Assembly (NCBI GenBank): GCA_965215335.1
Contig: CBDCDA010000001.1
Location: forward strand, 704,001-768,000
Origin: an uncultured Candidatus Entotheonella sp.
GTDB lineage: Bacteria > Tectomicrobia > Entotheonellia > Entotheonellales > Entotheonellaceae
Direction of reading: 5' to 3'
DNA: 64,000 bases
Below, piece by piece: positions 1 through 11,193 of this stretch. The notes beneath the pieces were generated by a model. It was not told the DNA's origin. It was given only the letters and a program-made list of their open reading frames with translations, and made no database searches. Within the stretch, counting starts at the first letter, position 1, and each line of letters opens with the position of its first letter. Made by a program: the position numbers and the translations under genes.

Positions 1-65
1 CCGCGCGCCGCCAGCGCCACGCACGCGGCTACAAACAGCACGAATGCGGGGTGCAGGGCGCTCAT
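1..65 (-). CDS. N-terminus of a further Mrp/Mnh membrane subunit (probably D/A-type), running off the window
   Basis: ATG at 65 overlaps the upstream TGA (ATGA coupling); reads MSALHPAFVLFVAACVALAAR, hydrophobic; operon context. Confidence 0.45.
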   Translation of the reverse strand, partial: MSALHPAFVLFVAACVALAAR

Positions 66-292
66 GCCGGCTCATCCTCGTCGGTGTACAGGTGGTCTCG
101 TTGCAGCCAGGCGTGGCCCAGCCACTTGGCACCGAGCACCAACGCCAGGCAACCAGCGGTGCCGTAAACGAAATCGAATACCGGCGTCGCCTGCCACCAG
201 AACACCGGGTGGCCGTGATGGCGATACACGATCTCCAGCACCGCGCTTACGCCGACAACCACGGCGACCAGAACGGCCCCTGTTGATTTCAA
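62..292 (-). CDS. small 2-TM membrane protein in Mrp operon (76 aa)
   Basis: TTG start overlaps the upstream stop, GGAGGAGG RBS; KSTGAVLVAVVVGVSAVLEIVY...PVFDFVYGTAGCLALVLGAKWLG. Confidence 0.6.
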   Translation of the reverse strand: MKSTGAVLVAVVVGVSAVLEIVYRHHGHPVFWWQATPVFDFVYGTAGCLALVLGAKWLGHAWLQRDHLYTDEDEPA

Positions 293-1791
293 GGCATCCC
301 TCCTCCTGCCAGCGCCTGCCCTGCCCCGGCCACGACGCTTTCGGCGGCGGTCCACGCCAGGTGATAGAACTGCAGCCCGGCGTTCGGATAGATTCCCAGG
401 ATCAGCGAAACGACCGCCGTGGCGGCCAGCGGCGCCCACAGGGCGGCGCTGGCCTCGTCGAAGCGGCTGGCCTGATCGGGGCGGCCAAAGAAAGCGGTGT
501 AAACGATGGGAAAGAAGTAGGCGAAATTGAGAATGCCGCTGGCGACAAACACGGCCAGAAATACGGCCTGACCGGATTGCAGCGCCCCCACGCCCAGGTT
601 CCATTTGCTGATGAAGCCGACGCACAACGGCGTACCGGCCAGGCCCAGCGCGCCGAGGGTAAAGGCGCCAAAGGTAATGGGCATCTGCCGGCCCAAGCCG
701 GCCAGGTCGGGAATTTCCAGCTTGTGGGTTTTGATGTAGATGGCCCCGGCGCAGAAGAACAGGGTGATTTTCATAAAGCCGTGCGCCACGATGTGGAATA
801 TGGCGCCGGCCACCGCGGCCGTCGAGCCGAGAGCGGCGCCCAGGACAATGTAGGAGAGCTGGCTCACCGTGGAATAGGCCAGCCGGCGTTTGAGATTCTG
901 CTCGCCCAAAGCCCGTACCGACGCCAGCAGGATGGTCAGCGCCGCGGCCACCGCCAGAATCGTGTCCGCCCCCATGGCCCGCAGCAGGTCGACGCCAAAC
1001 ACGTAATGCAGCAGCCGCAGGCAGCCGAAGGTCCCGGCCTTGACCACCGCCACGGCATGCAGCAACGCGCTCACCGGAGTCGGCGCCACCATGGCGGCCG
1101 GCAACCAGCCGTGCAGCGGCATGATGGCCGCCTTGGCCCCAACGCCGATCAGTCCCAGAACGAACACCAGCCCCAGAACGCCCAGCGGCGCCTTGCCCAT
1201 GAGGAACCCCCCGGGCTGGAATGCCGCGCCCGGCGCCAGAAGCGCGATGGTGACAATGGCAAGCAGCAGCAACTGCCCCGCGCCGAGGGTGTACGCCAGG
1301 TACTTTCTGCCCGCCGCGACCGCCGCCGCGGTGCGATCGTGCACCACCAGGGGATACGTGGCCAGGGTCAACATCTCGTAGAACAGGAAAAAGGTGATCA
1401 GATTGCCCGCGAAAGCAATGCCCATGGTGGCGGACAGGCACACTGCGAAGCTGGCGAAATAACCGGTCTGGTGGGTGTAATGCCCGGCGCGCATGTAGCC
1501 GATCGAATAGATGGAAGTGAGAATCCACAGTCCGGAGGCCAGGAGGGCGAAGATGAGGCCAAACAGGTCGGCGCGCAGGTGCAGGGACCATCCGGGCAGC
1601 AACTCGGCGTAGGTGGCTTCGATGACGCCTCCGGCCAGGACCGTCGGCAGCATCGAGACCACCAACAGGAACTTGACGACAGCGGCAACGAACGTCCATG
1701 CCTCGCGCACATTCGGGCGTCGGTCGGAGAGCAGAATCGCTCCGGCGGCGAGCAGCGAAACCAGCGTGGCCAGGAGCGGATAATGGGACAT
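289..1791 (-). CDS. mrpD: Mrp cation/H+ antiporter subunit D-like (proton-conducting membrane transporter), 500 aa
   Basis: C-terminal half of ORF 289..3363 from MSHYPLL; motifs FLFYEMLTLATYPLV, PLHGWLPAAMVAPTPVSALLHAVAVVKAG, KRRLAYSTVSQ. Confidence 0.85.
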   Translation of the reverse strand: MSHYPLLATLVSLLAAGAILLSDRRPNVREAWTFVAAVVKFLLVVSMLPTVLAGGVIEATYAELLPGWSLHLRADLFGLIFALLASGLWILTSIYSIGYMRAGHYTHQTGYFASFAVCLSATMGIAFAGNLITFFLFYEMLTLATYPLVVHDRTAAAVAAGRKYLAYTLGAGQLLLLAIVTIALLAPGAAFQPGGFLMGKAPLGVLGLVFVLGLIGVGAKAAIMPLHGWLPAAMVAPTPVSALLHAVAVVKAGTFGCLRLLHYVFGVDLLRAMGADTILAVAAALTILLASVRALGEQNLKRRLAYSTVSQLSYIVLGAALGSTAAVAGAIFHIVAHGFMKITLFFCAGAIYIKTHKLEIPDLAGLGRQMPITFGAFTLGALGLAGTPLCVGFISKWNLGVGALQSGQAVFLAVFVASGILNFAYFFPIVYTAFFGRPDQASRFDEASAALWAPLAATAVVSLILGIYPNAGLQFYHLAWTAAESVVAGAGQALAGGGMP

Positions 1792-1811
1792 GGACGGAGC
1801 CTTTCCGTTGC

Positions 1812-3284
1812 TTATGGCGCCAGGGTTCCCGGCAGCGCGTGGCGGATGATGCCGCCCACAACCTGTTGGTTGAATAACCCGAAGGCCACCACGGCAGCCA
1901 TGAGAACGAGAATCGGCGCCAGCATGTGCAGCGGCAGTTCCTGTCCGGGCGGCGTACCCTGCCCTTCCGGCGCCTTCAGGTAGGCGAATTCGAATACACG
2001 GAAGAAGTACACGACGCCCAACAGGCTGCTCAGCACCAGTGCCACCACGAACAACCAGGCGCCTGCCTCGACGGCGCCGCTGAGCAGATACCACTTGCTG
2101 AAGAAGCCCAAGGTCGGCGGCAGCCCGATCATGGCCAGCGCCGCGACCACAAACGCGGCCATGGTCAATGGCATGCGGCGGCCCATGCCGGCATAGTCGC
2201 TGATCTTGCAGATGCCGGTGCGCCACCGGACAGCACCGACGACCAGAAACAGGCAACCCTTCATGACGGCGTGGCTGAACAGGTGCAGCAGCGCGCCGAT
2301 CAGCGCAGCCGGAGTGCCCAGCGCCAGGCCGAGAATGATGTAGCCCATCTGTCCGACGCTCGAATAGGCCAGCATGCGGCGGATATCCTGCTGCGCCATG
2401 GCCAGGACGGAACCCGCCAGCACGGCGATGACCGATACCCAACCCAGCAGCATCAGGGCCTGCGCCGCAGCCCCCTCGGCAGGCGTCACGAAGCAGAGTA
2501 TCCGGAACAGCGCGTACGCGCTGACCTTCGCCATCACCGCAGCGATGAATCCGGTTACCGGTGCTGGTGCGTACGTGTAAGCGTCCGGCAGCCAGCCGTG
2601 CAGCGGGAACAGCGCCGCCTTGATCGCCAGCCCGACGACGATCAGCACCACCGCAACGCCATAGGCCCGCATGTCCACGACAGCCGTCAGGCGCACGGCC
2701 ATGTCGGCCATGTTGAGCGTACCGGTGAGGGCGTACAGGTAACCGGTGCCCAGCAGGTAGAACGTCGCGGCGATGGTGCCGACGATCAGGTAGCGGAAGG
2801 TTGCCACCGTGCCGCGAATGCCACCCGAGGCCAGCAGGCCGTAGGCGGCCAGCGACGAAATTTCCAGGAACACATAGAGGTTGAACATGTCCCCCGTCAG
2901 CACGATACCCAGCAAACCGGCGACGAGAAGCAGGAACAGGCTGTGGAACATCCCGCCGCGCGCCGCCGAGCCGCCGTTGACCTGCGGACCGGCGTACACC
3001 ACGACGCACACGGCGACGAGCGTGATCAGGGCCGCCACGCCCCCGGACAGCGGATCGACGACGTACTCGATGCCCCACGGCGGCGCCCAGCCGCCCAGTT
3101 CGTACCGCAACGCGCCGTGCGCCAGCACGTGCGACAACGCTGAACAACTGGCTACGGCGGCGGCCGCAAGCGTCAGACACGCGACGGCGAACGCCGCCTT
3201 TATGGAGATCAGCGCGACAAGGGGCACAGCCACGGCAGCCGCGAGCGGCAGGACGACGATCAGGACCGGCAAATGCGCCGTCAT
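1812..3284 (-). CDS. mrpD: Mrp Na+/H+ antiporter subunit D
   Basis: GGWAPPWGIE, TGDMFNLYVFLEI, KAALFPLHGWLPDAY, RRMLAYSSVGQ. Confidence 0.9.
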   Translation of the reverse strand: MTAHLPVLIVVLPLAAAVAVPLVALISIKAAFAVACLTLAAAAVASCSALSHVLAHGALRYELGGWAPPWGIEYVVDPLSGGVAALITLVAVCVVVYAGPQVNGGSAARGGMFHSLFLLLVAGLLGIVLTGDMFNLYVFLEISSLAAYGLLASGGIRGTVATFRYLIVGTIAATFYLLGTGYLYALTGTLNMADMAVRLTAVVDMRAYGVAVVLIVVGLAIKAALFPLHGWLPDAYTYAPAPVTGFIAAVMAKVSAYALFRILCFVTPAEGAAAQALMLLGWVSVIAVLAGSVLAMAQQDIRRMLAYSSVGQMGYIILGLALGTPAALIGALLHLFSHAVMKGCLFLVVGAVRWRTGICKISDYAGMGRRMPLTMAAFVVAALAMIGLPPTLGFFSKWYLLSGAVEAGAWLFVVALVLSSLLGVVYFFRVFEFAYLKAPEGQGTPPGQELPLHMLAPILVLMAAVVAFGLFNQQVVGGIIRHALPGTLAP

Positions 3285-3646
3285 AGGCGCATCCTTGCGA
3301 GGATTTCGGGCTCCTCCAGGGTGCCGAAATGCCGGTGAATGCGGAGGAGCAGGGCCAGGGCAACGCCCGTCGTGCTGACCCCGACGACGATGGCGGTGAG
3401 CATCAGGGCGTGCGGCAGCGGATTGACGTAAGCGCTCACGTCGTGCAAGCCCTTGACCTCAATCGGGGCCGTCGCCCCCGTCTTTTCCGCCAAGGCGATG
3501 AAGAACAGGATCGCCGCCACCTGCAGGATGTTCATGGCCATGAGCTTCTTGATCAGATTGGGCCGGCCCAGCATACCGTACAGTCCAATGAGCAAGAGCA
3601 CGGCGGCAAGCCAGTAATTCAGGTAGCCCGACAGGTTCTCCCACAC
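3281..3646 (-). CDS. mrpC: Mrp antiporter subunit C
   Basis: NLIKKLMAMNI, NPLPHALMLTAIVVG. Confidence 0.9.
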   Translation of the reverse strand: MWENLSGYLNYWLAAVLLLIGLYGMLGRPNLIKKLMAMNILQVAAILFFIALAEKTGATAPIEVKGLHDVSAYVNPLPHALMLTAIVVGVSTTGVALALLLRIHRHFGTLEEPEILARMRL

Positions 3647-3650
3647 GGGG

Positions 3651-4085
3651 TCAGTCCTCCTCGCCCCAGGCGGTCAGGGCATCGAAGATCAGCACCAGAA
3701 CGCCGGTAACGGCCATCGCCACGCCGACCTCGATGCCCAGGGTGCCCATGACCCGAACCTTGACCATTTCCAGCGGCAGCGGCAGCACCCCGTAGTCCAG
3801 GTAGTTGCCGGTGAACAACAGGCTCAGGAAGCCGATGCCGGCGAACACGCCCACGCCGCAACAGGCCAGCCGCAGGGCGCCGACACGGGTCAGCCCCCAA
3901 ATGGCGTCCTGCCCGTGCACCAGCCGGATGAGGATGACAGCGGCGGCCAGGATGGTGCCGCCCTGAAAGCCGCCGCCCGGGCTATCGTGGCCGTGCGCAA
4001 TGACATAGACGGCGAAGATCAGGACGAAAGGCACCAGTAAGCGACAGGCCGCATCCAGCACCGCGCTGCCGAAAGGCGTTCTCAT
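3651..4085 (-). CDS. mrpB: Mrp antiporter subunit B (MnhB domain)
   Basis: From MRTPFGS; HGHDSPGGGFQGG motif, GIEVGVAMAV. Confidence 0.85.
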   Translation of the reverse strand: MRTPFGSAVLDAACRLLVPFVLIFAVYVIAHGHDSPGGGFQGGTILAAAVILIRLVHGQDAIWGLTRVGALRLACCGVGVFAGIGFLSLLFTGNYLDYGVLPLPLEMVKVRVMGTLGIEVGVAMAVTGVLVLIFDALTAWGEED

Positions 4086-4372
4086 TCGTCGTCTCCCCCG
4101 GCACCCAGACGCACACCCAGAATCAACAGGCATGCCAAGCCGGCCGTGAAAATGACCGTCGTCTCCCCCAGCGTGTCGTAGCCCCGATAGTCCGCCAGCA
4201 CGCCGGTGACGAAGTTCGACGCGCCGGTTTCGTCGTGGCTCTTGGCGACATAGCGCGGCGAGACGTGCACCGACGCCGGCGATTCGACATCGCCGACGCG
4301 CGGCAAGTCGCTGGCGGCGTAAAACAGCACACCCGCGGCCAACGCGAAGACCACCCACGTAACAGCTTTCAC
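4082..4372 (-). CDS. Mrp B-related / MbhE-like small subunit
   Basis: GTG start overlapping the upstream stop; NFVTGVLADYRGYDTLGETTVIF motif. Confidence 0.8.
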   Translation of the reverse strand: MKAVTWVVFALAAGVLFYAASDLPRVGDVESPASVHVSPRYVAKSHDETGASNFVTGVLADYRGYDTLGETTVIFTAGLACLLILGVRLGAGGDDE

Positions 4373-4611
4373 CGCTTGGTCCTCCGCACCGTGCGGAAAA
4401 TGGCCGTGACGAAAAACACCGTGGTGATCACCGCGCCGACCGCCGCTTCGGTAAAGGCTACGTCGAGCGCTCCCAGGATGGCGAAATAGATGGCCGAGAA
4501 AAAGCTGAAGGCTCCGAAAATCGCCACCGCCGCCAGCAGATCGTGGGTGAACACCGCGGCCACCGCGCAAACCACGATCAGGGCCTGGAAGAAGATGGAC
4601 AACGACGCCAT
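4369..4611 (-). CDS. DUF4040 / MbhD-like Mrp small subunit
   Basis: DLLAAVAIFGAFS...GALDVAFTEAAVGA motif. Confidence 0.8.
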   Translation of the reverse strand: MASLSIFFQALIVVCAVAAVFTHDLLAAVAIFGAFSFFSAIYFAILGALDVAFTEAAVGAVITTVFFVTAIFRTVRRTKR

Positions 4612-4916
4612 TACGATCCCTCCTCGCCACCGCGCCAAGGCATCAACCCGGACCTGTAGGCGGCCCGGCCCAGCGCGTGCGTGGCCGTCGGGTTCGCCAG
4701 ACCGATGCAGACCGAGATCAGCACGATCTTCAGGCTAGAGAGCGAAACGCCCTCGTGAATGGCCAGCGCGATCAGCACCAGCGCCACGCCCAGGGTGTCG
4801 CATTTGCCCATAGCGTGCAGTCGGGTGTAGAAGTCGGGCAGGCGCAGAATGCCCAGCACGCCCAGCATGATGAACAGCAAACCGATGACCAGCAGGACAT
4901 TGGCGGCGAGGGTCAT
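4611..4916 (-). CDS. mrpG: Mrp antiporter subunit G
   Basis: GILRLPDFYTRLHAMGKCDTLG, NPTATHALGRAA. Confidence 0.9.
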   Translation of the reverse strand: MTLAANVLLVIGLLFIMLGVLGILRLPDFYTRLHAMGKCDTLGVALVLIALAIHEGVSLSSLKIVLISVCIGLANPTATHALGRAAYRSGLMPWRGGEEGS

Positions 4917-5185
4917 GGCTCGTCGGCTCCCTTTTGTTCAAAGTACTTCGCCAGCACCACGCTGCCGATGAAGCTGATCAGGGCGTACGCCAGCGTGATG
5001 TCCACGAAGATCTCCACCCGGCCGGTCAGGAAACCCAGCAGCACCAGCAACACGATCGTCTTGGTGCCAATGAGCCCCAGGCCCGTCAGGCGGTCGAAGG
5101 TCGTCGGGCCGCTCAACACGCGGTAAAGCGCCAGCGTCATGGCAACCGTCAGAACGAGCGCGGCGCCGAGAAAATAGGCATTCAT
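4913..5185 (-). CDS. mrpF: Mrp antiporter subunit F
   Basis: RVLSGPTTFDRL, FVDITLAYALISFIG. Confidence 0.9.
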   Translation of the reverse strand: MNAYFLGAALVLTVAMTLALYRVLSGPTTFDRLTGLGLIGTKTIVLLVLLGFLTGRVEIFVDITLAYALISFIGSVVLAKYFEQKGADEP

Positions 5186-5730
5186 CGTGTTGGTCTTGTG
5201 CCTTGGCCGGTATGCGAGGGCTGGAACAGCACCGCCACGCGCTGATGCATGGCGCCGCCGTTCGGTTCCAGTCCTTGAGCGCTGGTGTGCGTGAGGGCAT
5301 GCACGAGGAATTCGTCATTGTCGACGTCGAGGGTGACGGTGCCCGGTGTCAGGGTGATCGAGGTGGCGAGGGTCAATTGCGCCAGGACGTGCGGGAACGA
5401 GGTGTCAAAGCGCAGCAGGCGCGGCTGGATGGGCATCCTGGGGTGCAGGACGACGTAGGCGACCTGCAGGTTCGACACGATGATCTGCCAGACGAGCCAC
5501 GGGACGTAGCCCAGGAAACGCAAAGGCAACGCATTTGCGGGATGCCTGCCCGGTGGCCCGATATCGGGCGGCAAAAGCAGCAGGCGGCGTGTTCCCAGCG
5601 CGACGCACAGGGCGCTGACGGCGCCGATGGAGACGTGAAAGGCGTCGAATTTCCCGGAAAGAATCAGCCAGAGAACGAACAGAGTCAGGGCTAACGGCAG
5701 AACCTGCCGAAGATGGGACGTCGTTGGCAT
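5182..5730 (-). CDS. mrpE: Mrp antiporter subunit E
   Basis: LWLILSG, LATSITLTPGTVTLDV, LVHALT; start uncertain (5730 or 5787). Confidence 0.88.
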   Translation of the reverse strand: MPTTSHLRQVLPLALTLFVLWLILSGKFDAFHVSIGAVSALCVALGTRRLLLLPPDIGPPGRHPANALPLRFLGYVPWLVWQIIVSNLQVAYVVLHPRMPIQPRLLRFDTSFPHVLAQLTLATSITLTPGTVTLDVDNDEFLVHALTHTSAQGLEPNGGAMHQRVAVLFQPSHTGQGTRPTR

Positions 5731-5814
5731 GGGAGTCGTTCTGTAATCGTTAAGGCTGTGGTCGTAAAGGCGTGAACGCGACCTCACATGCTCCGATGGC
5801 CGCCACGGTGCGGA

Positions 5815-6606
5815 TTATCGACCACCGGCGCTGAACATGCAAGCCTTGCCCCGCCGATAGGACACGTGCACCAGGAACAGGCCATGCGCGGGCGCGGTGG
5901 GCCCGGCCAGTTGTCGCTGCCTGGCGCGCAGCACGTCGCCGACCCCTTCGGCCGGGATGACGCCGCGTCCGACCGCGACCAGGGTGCCGACGATATTGCG
6001 CGCCATGCGGTACAAAAAACCGTCAGCTCTCAGCACCAAGACGAGACGCGGCGGCCGGTACCGAAAAGCCAGCCGATACAGGCAACGCACCGGCTGGCGC
6101 GCGTCGTCCCGCGACACACCCCGAAAGGCGGAAAAGTCGTGCAGACCCATCAACAACTGCGCGGCCGCTTGCATGGCAGACACGTCGAGACGCTGCGACA
6201 CGTGCCAAGCATATGGGGCGCAAGACAACGACGGAACGACATGGTGATGAAGCTGGTACACGTACGTCTTGCGTGCTGCGTCATACCGGGCGTGAAAATC
6301 TGCCGGCGCCTCGACGGCTCGCCGCACCACGATGTCGTCCGGCAGCAGGCTGTTGAGCCCCCGCATCAACGACGACGCGGCAATGTGGGAAGTGGTGTCG
6401 AAATGCGCCACCTGACCCAGAGCGTGCACCCCGGCATCGGTGCGACCGGCGGCGTGCAGGCGTGCCGGGCCGTTCGTGATGCGTGACAGGCAGGACTCCA
6501 GGGCACCCTGCACCGTGACCGCCCGCGGCTGCAACTGCCAGCCGTGGTAGCGCGCGCCGTTGTAGGCAATCAGCAATTTGATGCGGCGGCGGTCACGCGT
6601 CGTCAT
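5815..6606 (-). CDS. truA: tRNA pseudouridine(38-40) synthase
   Basis: [46 protein letters not shown]. Confidence 0.95.
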   Translation of the reverse strand: MTTRDRRRIKLLIAYNGARYHGWQLQPRAVTVQGALESCLSRITNGPARLHAAGRTDAGVHALGQVAHFDTTSHIAASSLMRGLNSLLPDDIVVRRAVEAPADFHARYDAARKTYVYQLHHHVVPSLSCAPYAWHVSQRLDVSAMQAAAQLLMGLHDFSAFRGVSRDDARQPVRCLYRLAFRYRPPRLVLVLRADGFLYRMARNIVGTLVAVGRGVIPAEGVGDVLRARQRQLAGPTAPAHGLFLVHVSYRRGKACMFSAGGR

Positions 6607-9415
6607 GCAACACCCCGCGCAGGAAGCGGCCAGTGTGCGAGCCCTCCACCCCGGCTACCGCCTCTGGTGTCCCTGCCGCCACCAGGCGCCCGCCGCCGTC
6701 GCCGCCCTCCGGTCCGAGATCGATGATGTGGTCGGCGGTCTTGACGACGTCCAGGTTGTGCTCGATCACCAACACCGTATTGCCGCCTGCCACCAGCCGC
6801 TGCAGCACCCCGATCAGTCGTTGAATGTCCGCAAAATGCAACCCGGTGGTCGGCTCGTCCAGGATGTACAGCGTTCGGCCCGTGCTCCGCTTGCTCAACT
6901 CCCGGCTGAGCTTGACCCGCTGGGCTTCGCCGCCGGAAAGCGTGGTAGCGGCTTGTCCCAAGCGGACGTAGCCCAGCCCAACCTCCTGCAAGGTATTCAG
7001 CTTTGGCGTCAGCAACGGCACGTTGGCAAAGAAATCCGCCGCCTCGTCAACGGTGAAGTCGAGCACGTCGGCGATGGTCTTGTCCCGGTAGCGAATCTCC
7101 AGGGTATCGCGATTGAAGCGTCGTCCTTTGCAGACGTCGCAGGTCACGTAGACATCGGGCAGAAAGTGCATTTCGATCTTCAGGGTGCCGTGGCCCTGGC
7201 ACGACTCGCAGCGTCCGCCCTTGACGTTGAAACTGAACCGCCCCGGCTTGTAGCCCCGCATGCGCGCTTCCGGAACCTGCGTGAACAGCGCCCGGATGGT
7301 GTCGAACAGCCCCGTGTACGTCGCCGGATTGGAGCGCGGCGTGCGGCCGATGGGCGACTGATCGATGTCGATGACCTTGTCCAGGTGCTCCATGCCCTTG
7401 AGTGCCCCAAACGCTCCGGGCCGCTCACGCGTGCGATACAGCCGCCTGGCCAACGCCTTGTAGAGGATGTCCATCACCAGCGTGCTCTTGCCGGAGCCGG
7501 ACACGCCGGTGACGCAGACGAACACGCCCAGGGGAATCGTGACGTCCAGGTTGTCGAGGTTATTGGCGGTGGCCTCTCGAAGAATCAGTTTGCGCTTACC
7601 GGGCTTGCGCCGTTTGGCCGGCACGGGAATGGTCAGCACGCCACTGAGATACTGGCCGGTGAGCGAATCGGGCTGTTGCCTGATCTCGTCGGGCGTGCCG
7701 GCCGCCACCACGTGGCCGCCGTGCTCCCCTGCCCCCGGCCCCAGGTCCAGCACGTAATCGGCGGCGTTGATGGTATCACGGTCGTGCTCCACCACCAACA
7801 CCGTATTGCTCAGGTCGCGCAGGCGCTGCAGGCTTTCCAGCAGCCGCTGGTTGTCCCGCTGATGCAGGCCGATGCTCGGCTCGTCGAGGATGTACAACAC
7901 ACCGACCAGCCCGGAACCGATCTGCGTCGCCAGGCGAATACGCTGCCCTTCGCCGCCCGATAACGTTGCGGCCGCACGGCCCAGCGTCAGGTATTCCAGG
8001 CCGACGCTATGCAGGAAACGCAGCCGAACGCGCAATTCCTGGAGCACCTTGCCGGCCACTCTCAACTCGAAATCATCCAGATTCAGTTCCGCAAAGAAAC
8101 GCTCAGCCTGCCCCACGGACAAGGCCGTGAGGTCGCTGATGCTGCGCCCATGCACCCGCACCGCGATGGCTTCCAGGCGCAGGCGCGCACCCTGGCACGC
8201 CCCGCAAGGCCGCGGACGCATGTACGATTGCAGGTCCTCCCGCACCGTCAGCGATTCAGTCTCCCGGTAGCGCCGCTTGAGACCGGGAATCACGCCCTCG
8301 TACACCCGTTCGACGTGTCGCATTCGCCCGCGTGCCTGATAGCTCACCTTCACGGCTTCGTCGCCGCTGCCGTACAGGACCAGGCGCTGCTGCGCCTCGC
8401 CCAACTGCCCAAAGGGCCGCCGCAGGTCCACGCCGTATTGCGCCGCCAAGCCATGCAGCATGGGCTGCATGGCGTCCAGATGGCGCTCGGACCACACCGC
8501 GATGGCGCCCTCGTTGAGCGACAACTCGCCGTGCGGCGCCACCAGTTCGGGGTCGAATTCCATGTCGACGCCCAAACCGTCGCACGTCGTGCAGGCGCCC
8601 TGCGGGCTGTTGAAGGAGAACAGGCGCGGTTCGAGCTCCGGGCAACTGATGCCGCAGTCGGGGCAGGCATGCCTGACACTGCACAGCAGGTGCTCGCCGT
8701 CAACAATCTGCACGCCCACCAGCCCATCGCTGTGCATCAGGGCGATTTCAACCGAGTTGCTCAGGCGGGCGGCGACGTCGGGTCGCACCACGAGCCGGTC
8801 GACGACAATCTCGATGGTATGGTTGAAATTGCGGTCCAGCGTCGGTACCGTTTCGAGGGGCATCACCTCACCGTCGATGCGCACCCGCACGAAGCCATCC
8901 CGCTTGATTTGCTCCAGTTCCTTGCGGTATGACCCTTTCCGATGCCGTACCACCGGCGCCAGGATGAGCAGCCGGGTGCCCTCGGGCAGCTGCACGACGC
9001 GGTCCACGATGTTCTGCACCGTCTGCGCCCGAATCGGCTGACCGCACTGCGGGCAATGGGGCACACCGACCCGCGCAAACAACAGGCGCAGATAGTCATA
9101 AATCTCCGTCACCGTGCCGACCGTCGAGCGCGGGTTGCGGCTCACCGTCTTCTGCTCGATGGCGATGGCGGGCGACAGCCCCTCGATGGCGTCCACGTCG
9201 GGCTTTTCGAGCTGTTCCAGGAACTGGCGGGCGTATGCCGACAGGGATTCGACGTAGCGGCGCTGCCCTTCGGCATAGAGGGTGTCGAAGGCGAGTGACG
9301 ACTTGCCGGAACCGCTCAGCCCAGTGATGACCACCAGGCATTCGCGGGGGATGTCAACTGCGAGGTCCTTGAGATTGTGTTGGCGGGCGCCACGAATGGC
9401 GATCACGTTACTCAC
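6593..9415 (-). CDS. uvrA: excinuclease ABC subunit A
   Basis: GARQHNLK, two Walker A motifs ([16 protein letters not shown]), Zn fingers, LSGGEAQR. Confidence 0.98.
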   Translation of the reverse strand: MSNVIAIRGARQHNLKDLAVDIPRECLVVITGLSGSGKSSLAFDTLYAEGQRRYVESLSAYARQFLEQLEKPDVDAIEGLSPAIAIEQKTVSRNPRSTVGTVTEIYDYLRLLFARVGVPHCPQCGQPIRAQTVQNIVDRVVQLPEGTRLLILAPVVRHRKGSYRKELEQIKRDGFVRVRIDGEVMPLETVPTLDRNFNHTIEIVVDRLVVRPDVAARLSNSVEIALMHSDGLVGVQIVDGEHLLCSVRHACPDCGISCPELEPRLFSFNSPQGACTTCDGLGVDMEFDPELVAPHGELSLNEGAIAVWSERHLDAMQPMLHGLAAQYGVDLRRPFGQLGEAQQRLVLYGSGDEAVKVSYQARGRMRHVERVYEGVIPGLKRRYRETESLTVREDLQSYMRPRPCGACQGARLRLEAIAVRVHGRSISDLTALSVGQAERFFAELNLDDFELRVAGKVLQELRVRLRFLHSVGLEYLTLGRAAATLSGGEGQRIRLATQIGSGLVGVLYILDEPSIGLHQRDNQRLLESLQRLRDLSNTVLVVEHDRDTINAADYVLDLGPGAGEHGGHVVAAGTPDEIRQQPDSLTGQYLSGVLTIPVPAKRRKPGKRKLILREATANNLDNLDVTIPLGVFVCVTGVSGSGKSTLVMDILYKALARRLYRTRERPGAFGALKGMEHLDKVIDIDQSPIGRTPRSNPATYTGLFDTIRALFTQVPEARMRGYKPGRFSFNVKGGRCESCQGHGTLKIEMHFLPDVYVTCDVCKGRRFNRDTLEIRYRDKTIADVLDFTVDEAADFFANVPLLTPKLNTLQEVGLGYVRLGQAATTLSGGEAQRVKLSRELSKRSTGRTLYILDEPTTGLHFADIQRLIGVLQRLVAGGNTVLVIEHNLDVVKTADHIIDLGPEGGDGGGRLVAAGTPEAVAGVEGSHTGRFLRGVLHDDA

Positions 9416-9463
9416 GGTCGCACGTCAGAGGAAGGCGTGATGAAGGGATGAAATATCGCCGCA

Positions 9464-11107
9464 CTACTGCATGTCGTGATACTGCATCATGCCGGTCAAT
9501 TGGTCGAGTTGCGCCAACGCGACATTGTAGTCGCTCAGCGCCCGGGTCTCATTGCTCAGCGCGTTGGTCAAGTCTTCCTGAAATTCCAGCACGTTGAAAC
9601 TGGTCGACAAACCGAGACGGAACTTTTCCTGCTCCGCTTCGAGCTGGGTGCGCGCCAGCATGGTGGCTGAACGCGTCACTTCCACGCGCTGGATGGTGGT
9701 GCGGATATTGCGCACCGCCTGGCGAATCTGCTGCACAATGGCAAGTACGAGGTGGCGTTGGTCGATGCGCGCCTGGCGCAGTTCCAACTGGCGCTTGTCG
9801 ATCAGAACGCGCCTGGCGCGGGGACCGAGGGTGATTTCCATTTGCAGACCCACGGCCCATTGGTAGCCGTCGCGGTCCGGGATGGCGGCAAAGGCGTCGC
9901 CGAGGTCACCGTCGTGAGCGTTCAGCCTGCCGGTGCCGATGACGTCCAGGCGCGGCAGGCTATGATTGCGCGCCTCGTCCCGCAAACTCTCCCGTACCTG
10001 GATATCCAGCTGCGAACTGAGGTAATCGGGCCGCTGCTGCAAGGCGACGTCGACCTGCTCCTCGACGGCAACCGTGGACACCGGCGCAAACGACGGACTA
10101 TCCGTCGGCTGCAGGCGCACGCTCCAGGAGTCCATGCTCTCCGGTATGTTCAGGATGGCCTTGAGCTGATCGTCCGCGTCGCGCAGCGCGGCCTCTGCCA
10201 CGATGACGTCCCCCTCGCGCGTTTTCACCCGCGTCTCGGCCTGCACCAGTTCGATCGGCGCCAGGGTCCCCAATTCCACCCGCACGGTATTCTCGGCCAG
10301 GAAGTCCTCGGCGAGCTTCTGCGACGCACGCTTGGCGGCCAGGTCCTGGATGCGGAAGACCAGGTCCCAGTAACCCTGGTGGACAGCGAACACCGTATCC
10401 AGGATCGCCTGAACAACGTTCTGCTCGGCGATTTGCTCCCTGATCTCCGCCTGTCGAAGCGGCGCCTTGTTGACCGCAATGCCGAAATTCTGCAACAACG
10501 GGTGCGTGAAAGTCAGTTCGAGGCTGTTCTCGAAAAGAGGATTGTGGACGCGGGGGCCACCGAAACCGCCCTCCTGGTCACTGCGAGCCGTGATAAAGCG
10601 GAGTTCGTAATCGCCGCCGGTGACAATGCGGTGGCGAAGGTACGCGGAAAGCGTGCTGCGGCTGTCGAAGATGGGATCCAGCTCCTGGTTCATGCGCAAA
10701 TTCTGCGTCTCCGACACGTTCACTTCGGCGCCGACCTTCGGGTCGAATTCCACCTTGGCCCGGTCGATATCGACCAGCGCGATGAGCGGCCCGAAGCGTT
10801 CGCGTTCGATTGCCAGGCTGTTCTGCAGGGCCAGTTGGATGGCGTCTTCGAGCGCCAGCTCGAGCACGCGCTCGCCCATGGCCGACGGCGCGTCGCCTGC
10901 GGGAGGCAACTCGGTCTCCTGCCCTGCCGCGTCCTGCTGCATCTCCGCCTGTCCATACGGCACGCCGGCGGGCAAAAAAGCGCCGATCAGCAACAGGACG
11001 ATGCCAAGACGGCAGGCACGCCATCCGTAACGGTGCAACTCCAGGGAGGTGCCTGGCCGGCAACCCATGCGTCTTCTCCTTCGTTCGTCAGCAGTGACCC
11101 AGATCAA
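9464..11107 (-). CDS. TolC-family outer-membrane efflux protein (start uncertain)
   Basis: LALEDAIQLALQNS, LTFTHPLLQNFG, LEAEQEKFRLGLST...QLTG OEP repeats; signal-peptide-like segment. Confidence 0.85.
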   Translation of the reverse strand: MIWVTADERRRRRMGCRPGTSLELHRYGWRACRLGIVLLLIGAFLPAGVPYGQAEMQQDAAGQETELPPAGDAPSAMGERVLELALEDAIQLALQNSLAIERERFGPLIALVDIDRAKVEFDPKVGAEVNVSETQNLRMNQELDPIFDSRSTLSAYLRHRIVTGGDYELRFITARSDQEGGFGGPRVHNPLFENSLELTFTHPLLQNFGIAVNKAPLRQAEIREQIAEQNVVQAILDTVFAVHQGYWDLVFRIQDLAAKRASQKLAEDFLAENTVRVELGTLAPIELVQAETRVKTREGDVIVAEAALRDADDQLKAILNIPESMDSWSVRLQPTDSPSFAPVSTVAVEEQVDVALQQRPDYLSSQLDIQVRESLRDEARNHSLPRLDVIGTGRLNAHDGDLGDAFAAIPDRDGYQWAVGLQMEITLGPRARRVLIDKRQLELRQARIDQRHLVLAIVQQIRQAVRNIRTTIQRVEVTRSATMLARTQLEAEQEKFRLGLSTSFNVLEFQEDLTNALSNETRALSDYNVALAQLDQLTGMMQYHDMQ

Positions 11108-11193
11108 ATGCGGTCAAAGTTGCCGTTCGTTTTCGGGCAAACCAAAGCGGAGCCGGTCCGCAGACCGACTCCGCTCCACCCACGATGCCTGAC

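Noticed and set aside
289..3363. 1024-aa ORF as one protein
   Set aside because: Its N-terminal half overlaps mrpD (1812-3284) out of frame; the real protein starts at 1791.
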